NCBI RefSeq assembly: GCF_000237865.1
Contig: NC_017459.1
Coordinates: forward strand, 1-32,000
Length of the DNA stretch: 32,000 bases
Source of the DNA: Haloquadratum walsbyi C23
GTDB lineage: Archaea > Halobacteriota > Halobacteria > Halobacteriales > Haloferacaceae
Direction: 5' to 3'
Positions 1-7,612 of this stretch are shown piece by piece. The stretch's first letter is position 1. Every line of letters starts with the position of its first letter. The translations under genes were made by a program, and so were the position numbers. Below the pieces are notes generated by a model, which was not told where the DNA came from, did not search any database, and saw nothing but the letters and a program-made list of their open reading frames with translations.

Positions 1-50
1 AAATCGGTTTCGATTGATAATATCCGCTTGATACTCGGTTATGCCGTGTG

Positions 51-77
51 CCCCCCACCCCTCTGTTTCAGGTGGAG
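51..77 (-). repeat. Origin recognition box ORB-1 (core plus G-string)
   Basis: The minus strand reads CTCCACCTGAAACAGAGGGGTGGGGGG. Confidence 0.75.
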
Positions 78-273
78 ATGCTAAGAAGAGTGTGCGGTTA
101 CTGATCAGTCGAGATATTGTGACAATCTTCTAACTCTTTATACTTAATTACAACATAATATACGACGTACACAACTACTAAGTTGCAGTACGGGTATTGT
201 TATATAGTATATTATATAAAGTTTTGCCCATTAGTACTGTATATAATCGAACACCCACCCCCTTGTGATTACA

Positions 274-302
274 GTTCCAGTTGAAACAAAGGGGTTGGGG
301 GG
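274..302 (+). repeat. Origin recognition box ORB-2 (core plus G-string)
   Basis: The plus strand reads GTTCCAGTTGAAACAAAGGGGTTGGGGGG. A degenerate minus-sense G-string (CACCCACCCCC, 252-262) abuts it. Confidence 0.75.
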
Positions 303-672
303 TATTGTATTTGATACAGCGAACAGAAGATGCCACTATCATTCCTAAGTGATGATCCCGCTGACCGGTTGGATGGATACATCATATCGATTATCTGAGT
401 ATCTTAAGGATCTGTCAGACCAAACTTGCGTTCAACAGGTAGGCGTATCATTGTGACATATTCACTCGACTATCGACTATCGACTGTGTTGGTTTGTTGC
501 ATCTTATACCTCACAGGGATGTTAGGATGGTCGTAACTACAAGAGATAGATTTTTGTATCGTGCACTCATCGATTTCCATTGCATCAATTGTATATCGGT
601 CTAATTGATCAGAGCAATATATTGACCGTTTCAATACCTAAACCCGCCTCATTTGGACGCTGTCATTGGAAT

Positions 673-713
673 TTCCACCTGAAATCAAGGGGATGTAGAC
701 GGGTGGACGGGGG
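673..713 (+). repeat. Origin recognition box ORB-3 (core plus split G-string)
   Basis: The plus strand reads TTCCACCTGAAATCAAGGGGATGTAGACGGGTGGACGGGGG. It ends 10 nt before the first ATG of orc1. Confidence 0.65.
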
Positions 714-722
714 AATTACCAA

Positions 723-2426
723 ATGCATAATAACAGAATACATAACAACTCTTCATCTGATAATCTCGAATCATCTCATGAAGATAAAAGAGACAATCCA
801 TCAACATCACCGACAGAATCTGGTGATTTCACTCTTGATGAAGATATGAGTCAAGACAACAATCATAGCGATACTGCTAATTCAAATACCAGAAACAGAA
901 CTAGCAGTGCATCCGAAGATGATATCGATCACTCCGAGAATAGAGAAGAGCAGGGACTATTCGACAATTTACTCTCGGGTGAGCCAATATTCGAAAATAA
1001 AGAGGTACTCAGGCCATCATATACACCTCGAAAGCTTCCGCATCGAACTGAGCAGATTAATCAAATGGCTACAATTCTTGTTTCAGCTCTACGCGGTGAT
1101 ACTCCCTCGAATATCTTGATCTATGGCAAAACAGGAACTGGAAAGACTGCTAGTGCTAAGTTTGTCAGTCAAGAATTGGAGTCGACATCTCAAAAGTATG
1201 ATGTTGCATGTGAAGTCGAATACATTAATTGTGAGGTAACTGATACACAGTATCGCGTGCTTGCACAGCTTGCAAACAAGTTTATCGAGAAAAATCGAAA
1301 TCAGATCGATAAGCGGATTGATGAATTAAAAACTCTTCAATCAAGCGAGGAATACCTTTCTGGCTCCGCTTCATCAACAGAATCGATAGATTCAGTAGAT
1401 ACAGCTGATGATACGATCTCAAAATCACCTGATGAATCAACGGGTGAATATATTAATCTCAGTGATATTGCCTCGCCATTTGATTCGGCTCGCGATCTTG
1501 ATGATCGAATCGAATCACTCCGTGCTGACCGTGAAGAAATGGAACTGGTTCCGATGACAGGATGGCCGACTGATCGGGTATATTCCACGTTTTTTGACGC
1601 TGTTGATTATCATGAACGTGTTGCTGTAATCATGCTTGATGAGGTTGACAAGCTTGTTGAGAAATCTGGTGATGACACGCTCTACAACCTTTCGCGAATG
1701 AACTCTGAACTCGACAATTCACGTATCTCGATTATCGGCATCTCTAATGATCTCAAGTTCACCGACTTCCTTGATCCACGTGTTAAATCGAGTCTTGGTG
1801 AAGAGGAGATTGTCTTCCCGCCGTATGATGCAAACCAACTTCGCGATATTCTTCAGTATCGTGCAGATGTTTCATTCAAATCTGACGCACTTACAGATGA
1901 CGTTATTCCACTTTGTGCTGCTTTCGCTGCTCAAGAACACGGTGATGCACGCCGTGCGTTAGACTTACTTCGAACAGCTGGTGAGCTTGCAGAACGAAGT
2001 CAAACGAATACTGTTGAAGAGGATCATGTTAGACAGGCGCAAGATAAAATTGAGCTTGATCGGGTCATTGAGGTCGTGCGAACACTCCCAACACAATCAA
2101 AAATTGTCCTTTATTCAATCATCCTTCTAGAGAAAAATGGAGTACATAGCATCAATACCGGTGAAGTATTCAATATATACAAACGACTCTGTGAAGAGCT
2201 TGATACCGATGTGTTGACACAACGCCGTGTCACTGATTTGATCTCAGAACTGGACATGCTTGGAATTGTCAATGCTATTGTTGTATCAAAAGGTCGATAC
2301 GGTCGGACAAAAGAGATTTCACTATCAGTTCCGATCGAAGAGACTGAAACAGTCTTGTTATCAGACTCTCGACTTGGAAATATTGAGAATGCGCAACCGT
2401 TCGTACAAGCTCGATTTGACAATTAA
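723..2426 (+). CDS. orc1: Orc1/Cdc6 replication initiator
   Basis: 567-aa ORF with AAA+ Walker A GKTGTGKTA, Walker B IMLDEVD and a C-terminal winged-helix-like region. It is adjacent to the ORB repeats. An in-frame alternative ATG lies at 846. Confidence 0.9.
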   Translation: MHNNRIHNNSSSDNLESSHEDKRDNPSTSPTESGDFTLDEDMSQDNNHSDTANSNTRNRTSSASEDDIDHSENREEQGLFDNLLSGEPIFENKEVLRPSYTPRKLPHRTEQINQMATILVSALRGDTPSNILIYGKTGTGKTASAKFVSQELESTSQKYDVACEVEYINCEVTDTQYRVLAQLANKFIEKNRNQIDKRIDELKTLQSSEEYLSGSASSTESIDSVDTADDTISKSPDESTGEYINLSDIASPFDSARDLDDRIESLRADREEMELVPMTGWPTDRVYSTFFDAVDYHERVAVIMLDEVDKLVEKSGDDTLYNLSRMNSELDNSRISIIGISNDLKFTDFLDPRVKSSLGEEEIVFPPYDANQLRDILQYRADVSFKSDALTDDVIPLCAAFAAQEHGDARRALDLLRTAGELAERSQTNTVEEDHVRQAQDKIELDRVIEVVRTLPTQSKIVLYSIILLEKNGVHSINTGEVFNIYKRLCEELDTDVLTQRRVTDLISELDMLGIVNAIVVSKGRYGRTKEISLSVPIEETETVLLSDSRLGNIENAQPFVQARFDN

Positions 2427-2460
2427 TTCACTTCAAGACACAGAATGATTGTATTCACTG

Positions 2461-3318
2461 TCATCGTATTCCTGAGACCCACAATACTGGATTGACTGTA
2501 AGTGCTCCAGCCAACTGGAGCCGGACGTACCCAAGATATGGAATGCGAAACCGTGCTGCTCCGCGAATCCATGTTCGTCTGACTGGACCAGCGATTCCTG
2601 TTGCTTGGTCATATCGGGCATTTGCATCACCTTTTGTGATAAACCCGGCATGTGGAGCTGGACAGTTCCGTAGTTCATCACACCCACTTGCCGTTAGATA
2701 TGCTGAGTTTGCCTCTTCATACCAATTTTCACCATCTTCGACATAGAAATGCGCCCGATGAATAATTGGTGACCCTACCCGCTGTGGGGGATCATAAATA
2801 ATCACAGATCCGGTCCCACCAAACGTTTGATATCCACGCGATTGTCCTACTTCAGCCGTGACGACACCAGTGTTCTCATGCGCATAACTTGGCGTAAACC
2901 GTGTTGTTTCACTCACCAGTATCAAATCACCACGCGACATTTCTGGTTCCATGCTTCCACTTTCAACTGCAACCATTGGCGGCCAAACTCCGCTAATCGC
3001 AAACAGAATAAGTCCAATAGCAACCACGACAATAACGCTATACAGTGTTTCTCGAAGTGTTGTAACCGCCCCCCGTCTTATCCGTGTTAATATACTGGAT
3101 TCTGCGGTATGCTTTGGCTCTCGCCTTGCTCTATCATATGGATTGTTTTCATTTTCTCTGTCATTCTTTCGGTTATACTCTATATTTACATCTGAACGCG
3201 CATCTAGCTCTACGTTTGAATCTGTATGGTCATCCTCTATCCCGGAGTCATCAATGCCGGTAGCGTGCTCTGAATCCCACCGCTCCGGTGATTCATCGTC
3301 TCCGGACTTCTCCGTCAT
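2461..3318 (-). CDS. sec11: Signal peptidase I, archaeal Sec11/S26 type
   Basis: 285-aa ORF with one TM helix, then the catalytic Ser box SGSMEP, GDLILV and the KGDAN box. It carries an acidic N-terminal extension of ~80 aa. Confidence 0.8.
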   Translation of the reverse strand: MTEKSGDDESPERWDSEHATGIDDSGIEDDHTDSNVELDARSDVNIEYNRKNDRENENNPYDRARREPKHTAESSILTRIRRGAVTTLRETLYSVIVVVAIGLILFAISGVWPPMVAVESGSMEPEMSRGDLILVSETTRFTPSYAHENTGVVTAEVGQSRGYQTFGGTGSVIIYDPPQRVGSPIIHRAHFYVEDGENWYEEANSAYLTASGCDELRNCPAPHAGFITKGDANARYDQATGIAGPVRRTWIRGAARFRIPYLGYVRLQLAGALTVNPVLWVSGIR

Positions 3319-3508
3319 TCAATTAATAATCAGCGTCGTTGTGTTTGAAACTTCTGAAGCAACCGACTACGGTAATAAAAGTCTTGAGACTCACAGCACC
3401 GAGGAGACTGTTGATTCGCAACCAACAAAGACCAACCAATCATATGATACTCGATGTTACGGTTCAGTTAATTCAATCTTCTCATGATTATCCTAACAAT
3501 TAATTATC

Positions 3509-5179
3509 ATGACTCTATTCAATATGTTTTTGTCATATGGTCTCCTCAGAGGTGACGTGCCTTCGGAGTTATCGGCGCGTATCGTTTCCGCACTTGCACA
3601 GCATGGATATAATGCAGATCGTGAAGCTGTTACACTCCTTGCGGGTGCTAAATATCCTAATACTGCACTCGAAGAGGTGTTAGATTTAATCGCGGATGAT
3701 ACGCTTCGGATTACTGCTGCTGATGTTCGCCCTGTGATTGACTCAACACCATCAGATCTTTCAAGCATAACCGAACCCGTGAACAAAGACTCGACAAGGG
3801 ATAATAATGCCCAAGATCAGAGTATATCCGATCAAAAGACACAATATCTCCCGTCCCAATCGACTTCTCCGAATAATATAACACCTGATTTAGATTCATC
3901 ACCGGAGCAAACCACGGGTGCGTCACAACCATCTCAAAAGGCTCATACATCAACACCAGAGACAGATCAATCTGTAAATTCATTTGATATCAATGGTGAC
4001 ATTACCGGACGAAGCACAGGCACCGGATCATACGATGACTTTGTGTCGGTTTTTCGAGACCGCTATGAGCGTCTTTCATCACACCTTCGGAGCCGTGTCA
4101 ACCATCGACCTACACAAGCTATTGGTTCAATGTCTGGTGAAACGGATACAGCGATTATTGGGTTAGTTAATGATATTCGATCGACAAAAAATGGTCACTG
4201 GATTGTTGAACTGGAAGATACAACAGGTATATTTCCGTGTCTTGTCATGAAAGACCGGTCATTCGCTGATGTTGTTAATGAACTATTGTTTGATGAGTGT
4301 ATTGCAATCGAAGGCACACTTTCGGGAGATGGAGAAATACTCTTTGCGAACGATATTCACTTCCCTGACATTCCGCATAATCATACCCCAAATACTGCTG
4401 ACAGGCATGTTCAAGCGGCGCTCATTTCTGACATCCACGTCGGGAGTCAAGAATTCGTTTATGATGCCTGGGAGCGATTTGCTGCATGGCTTCACACAGA
4501 CGAGGCCGACGCTATTGAGTATTTGCTGATTGCGGGTGATATGGTTGAAGGTGTTGGAGTGTATCCTGATCAGGATGATGAACTTGATATTGTTGATATT
4601 TATGCGCAGTATGAAACGTTTGCTGAGCATCTCAAGTCTGTCCCTGGCGATATTGAAATTCTTCTGATACCCGGAAATCACGACGCTGTCAGGCTTGCTG
4701 AGCCACAACCTGGATTTGATGATGAACTCCGTTCAATCATGTCAGCACATGATGCACGTATCTCTGGAAACCCTTCATTTGTCACCATTGAGGGCGTTCA
4801 AATATTGATGTATCACGGCGTTTCTCTTGATGAAGTTATTGCTGAACTCCCATCACCGAAGGCAAATTATGATGAACCTCACAAGGCGATGTATCAGCTA
4901 TTAAAAAAACGACATATCGCTCCTCAATTTGGTGAGCGGACACGTCTCGCCCCTGAAGATAGTGATTACTTAATAATCGATGAAATCCCAGATGTGTTTC
5001 ATACCGGTCACGTACATAAGCTTGGCTGGGGAAAATATCATGATGTGCTTGCAGTGAACTCTGGATGTTGGCAGGCACAGACAGCATTTCAGCGGTCGGT
5101 GAATATTGATCCTGATGTAGGGTATGCGCCAATTATCGATCTAGATACGCTTGAAATGACTGTTCGCAAATTCCTGTGA
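3509..5179 (+). CDS. polD1: DNA polymerase D (Pol II) small subunit DP1
   Basis: 556-aa ORF with an N-terminal GYN..EAV..LA motif, then calcineurin-like phosphoesterase motifs DIHVGS, GDMVEG, GNHD and GHVH. A low-complexity S/T/D-rich linker spans about aa 92-175. Confidence 0.85.
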   Translation: MTLFNMFLSYGLLRGDVPSELSARIVSALAQHGYNADREAVTLLAGAKYPNTALEEVLDLIADDTLRITAADVRPVIDSTPSDLSSITEPVNKDSTRDNNAQDQSISDQKTQYLPSQSTSPNNITPDLDSSPEQTTGASQPSQKAHTSTPETDQSVNSFDINGDITGRSTGTGSYDDFVSVFRDRYERLSSHLRSRVNHRPTQAIGSMSGETDTAIIGLVNDIRSTKNGHWIVELEDTTGIFPCLVMKDRSFADVVNELLFDECIAIEGTLSGDGEILFANDIHFPDIPHNHTPNTADRHVQAALISDIHVGSQEFVYDAWERFAAWLHTDEADAIEYLLIAGDMVEGVGVYPDQDDELDIVDIYAQYETFAEHLKSVPGDIEILLIPGNHDAVRLAEPQPGFDDELRSIMSAHDARISGNPSFVTIEGVQILMYHGVSLDEVIAELPSPKANYDEPHKAMYQLLKKRHIAPQFGERTRLAPEDSDYLIIDEIPDVFHTGHVHKLGWGKYHDVLAVNSGCWQAQTAFQRSVNIDPDVGYAPIIDLDTLEMTVRKFL

Positions 5180-5329
5180 GTCCATGTAATCATATAATTG
5201 TCATCTGATCGTGAAACATGTGAAAGTATCTAAATAGCCTGGGGGAATAATCTGAGGCGTTTTATCCTCTCAGCCATATACTGGCACTCCCTGCTCGCCA
5301 AGTGAATGGAATAAGATTGGGTGGTGTAT

Positions 5330-5842
5330 TCACTCCGCATCAAAGCGATATCGCGTTGTTGTTTCATCCCCGAACCGCGGTCCTCGACCAATCGGTTCAA
5401 ACCCTGCGTTCTCTGCAGCAGCAGTCGCATTCTCCTCACTCATTGGGACAACAAACTCAACATCAAATCCCTCAGTCGCCGCAAACCGGATTGGCTCTGA
5501 AAGTAAGGTCTCAGCGATTGTTGTCTCGCCTGCAAGTTGTGTGACATGAACGGTTCCATCTCTGACATCAAAGGCAACGAACCCAATTATGTCTGGTTTG
5601 TTTTCATTTGATTCTTCAGCAGTGCTCTCATCGGCTTCATTCCCTGTTTGCTCGCCACTAGTTGTTAATCGGTTTGTCTCATCATGAGCGTCTGTATGTG
5701 ACTCTGTATCTGTTGTCTGTCGCTCCGCGACTCGAACTGTTCGGTCATGAACGACATTTCTAAGCGCGTCTGCAGGAAGGTCGGCGATTGCACCGAGTGT
5801 CTCAACGTCAGACTCGACAGCATCCCGAACGTCCATATCCAT
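5330..5842 (-). CDS. Probable GNAT-family N-acetyltransferase
   Basis: 170-aa acidic ORF. The ends resemble a GNAT fold (VRDAVESDVETL... and ...IGFVAFDV..G.VHVTQLAG...AENAGFEPIG), split by a ~45-aa acidic low-complexity insert. The family assignment is by eye only. Confidence 0.45.
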   Translation of the reverse strand: MDMDVRDAVESDVETLGAIADLPADALRNVVHDRTVRVAERQTTDTESHTDAHDETNRLTTSGEQTGNEADESTAEESNENKPDIIGFVAFDVRDGTVHVTQLAGETTIAETLLSEPIRFAATEGFDVEFVVPMSEENATAAAENAGFEPIGRGPRFGDETTTRYRFDAE

Positions 5843-6223
5843 ATGGTACCGTTACACACGGATGCGGTTAATACTTGCAGACAATATAATTACTATTTTT
5901 ATTATTATCCAGTCATAAAATATCACATACGATATGTTTAATCACGGTGAGAACTCGGCAACCGTTTGGAGAGCAGACAATATTTTATCCCCCCCCACGC
6001 AATCCCTGGCTATGTCTAAGCAACAGTTCTCTACATCCCATATTTTTGTTCTATTGACACGATCTGATAGCATGTCGACACCGACATTATCTTTGAGATT
6101 GTCGTGGGCACAAATGCAATGGGCACAAATACAAGTAAGGTCACAGCCATTTTCATCCGTATTATTCCAGTCTCTCTGCTCAATGTTGCATAATGCATCT
6201 ATGCATACCTGGAGGTCCAGTGT

Positions 6224-7402
6224 ATGCGCATAGTCACAAAGTTTGGTGGCACTTCACTCGGAAATGGTGACCGAATCACACGGGCTGCAGACTCAATCGC
6301 GGCGGCAATTGACGCAGGTCATGAAATCGCTGTTGTTGCCTCTGCAATGGGGAGTACGACTGATTATCTCCTTGATGAGATTCACTATGACGCCGCGGAT
6401 AAAGACCGTGCTGAGATTGTGTCGATGGGTGAACGGACAAGCGTTCGGATGCTTAAAGGCGCACTCTCTGCACGTGGTGTAACTGCGCAATTTCTTGAAC
6501 CGGGCAGTGATGACTGGCCGATTATTACGAATGAACGTGGTGAGGTTGATGTTGGTGAAACACAGCGTCGAGCCGCTGATCTCGCGAGTAATCTTGACAA
6601 TGTTGTTCCTGTTCTCACGGGATTTCTTGCGGAATCACATGATGGGACAACAACGACACTCGGTCGCGGCGGATCAGACACGACCGCAGTCATGCTTGGA
6701 CATTATACCGACGCCGATGAGGTTGTTATCGTCACCGATGTTGAGGGTGTGATGACCGGCGATCCACGGGTTGTTGAAGGTGCTCGTAACGTCGGACAGA
6801 TTACAGTTGATGAACTTCGAAACCTCTCATTTCGTGGTGCAGAAGTGGTTGCGCCATCAGCACTCACATATAAAAATGACGACCTTGGTGTTCGGGTCGT
6901 GCATTATCAACATGGTGATCTGCTTACCGGTGGAACACTGATTGAAGGAGAATTTGAGAATCTCATAGACATGCAAGAGGATATGCTTGCATGTGTGACT
7001 GTTGCTGGGCGGTCAATTCGAAACAGCACGGGTATTCTCGCAGATCTCTCGCAGTCGCTTCGCGACGATGGTATCAATATTGATGCTGTTGCATCTGGCA
7101 TGGATTCAATTACATTCTATATCTCCGAGGATATTGCTTCGAAAGCAGAAAACCTACTTCACGCGAAGGTCATAAATAATCAAACGCTTTCATCTGTCAC
7201 TGTTGATGATGGTATTGCAGTTATCAGAGTCACTGGCGGTGAACTTCCTAATCGTCCTGGCGTGATTCTGGATATCGTCCGACCAATCGCAGAAGCTGGA
7301 ATAAATATTCGTGATGTTATCACTTCTGCAACATCTGTGGCCGTTTTCGTCGCCTGGGATGACCGTGAAGAGACGCTCTCGATCGTCCAAAGTAAGTTCT
7401 AA
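6224..7402 (+). CDS. lysC: Aspartate kinase
   Basis: 392-aa ORF with the amino-acid-kinase N-terminus KFGGTSL, GRGGSDTTA, and two ACT-like repeats at the C-terminus. Confidence 0.9.
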   Translation: MRIVTKFGGTSLGNGDRITRAADSIAAAIDAGHEIAVVASAMGSTTDYLLDEIHYDAADKDRAEIVSMGERTSVRMLKGALSARGVTAQFLEPGSDDWPIITNERGEVDVGETQRRAADLASNLDNVVPVLTGFLAESHDGTTTTLGRGGSDTTAVMLGHYTDADEVVIVTDVEGVMTGDPRVVEGARNVGQITVDELRNLSFRGAEVVAPSALTYKNDDLGVRVVHYQHGDLLTGGTLIEGEFENLIDMQEDMLACVTVAGRSIRNSTGILADLSQSLRDDGINIDAVASGMDSITFYISEDIASKAENLLHAKVINNQTLSSVTVDDGIAVIRVTGGELPNRPGVILDIVRPIAEAGINIRDVITSATSVAVFVAWDDREETLSIVQSKF

Positions 7403-7462
7403 AATATAATCAATAGTCACAAACAGGTCACGGTGAGTCGGAAACCGTATTGACTCTCTACC

Positions 7463-7515
7463 GAGATAACAGACAGAGTGTCTCAGAGCTTCGATGTGAT
7501 CCCGAGGTAGTTCAC
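7463..7515 (+). repeat. ~50-bp IS200/IS605-style right-end repeat, family B, copy 1
   Basis: GAGATAACAGACAGAGTG...GCTTCGATGTGATCCCGAGGTAGTTCAC aligns by eye with 15921-15992, 28022-28069 and the reverse complement of 31440-31488. Confidence 0.6.
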
Positions 7516-7612
7516 GTGTTGGATTATACTCAATGATATCTCCAGCACATACGATTTGATCAACCGGAGGCATCGCAGCAAGAACCGCTTCGAGTGCCAC
7601 TTTATCATAGCC
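7516..7612 (-). pseudogene. Metallophosphoesterase gene fragment (~32 codons)
   Basis: The minus frame reads YDKVALEAVLAAMPPVDQIVCAGDIIEYNPT. This resembles the ..ALEAVL....VD.IVC.GD.VGY.P segment of small calcineurin-like phosphoesterases. The N-terminal ISD.H box and everything after GD are missing, and both ends are cut by repeat elements. Confidence 0.4.

Larger units (their letters stand above)
50..713. other. Replication origin (oriC-type) upstream of orc1: inverted ORB repeats around an AT-rich unwinding region
   Basis: Three repeats share TCCA(C/G)(C/T)TGAAA(C/T)..AGGGG followed by a G-run (51-77 minus, 274-302 plus, 673-713 plus). The first two are inverted and bracket 121-240, which I count at 35 G+C of 120 nt (~29%). 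The region lies directly 5' of an Orc1/Cdc6 gene, the standard haloarchaeal origin layout. Confidence 0.8.

Noticed and set aside
5934-6233. 99-aa plus-strand ORF in the lysC leader
   Set aside because: No family resemblance and a non-acidic, Ser/Leu-rich composition. It overlaps the lysC start in another frame.
7190-7600. 136-aa minus-strand ORF overlapping the 3' end of lysC
   Set aside because: It is a chimera. It joins a ~32-codon phosphoesterase fragment, the reverse complement of the family B repeat (7463-7515), and antisense lysC sequence. It also starts with GTG directly after repeat DNA.
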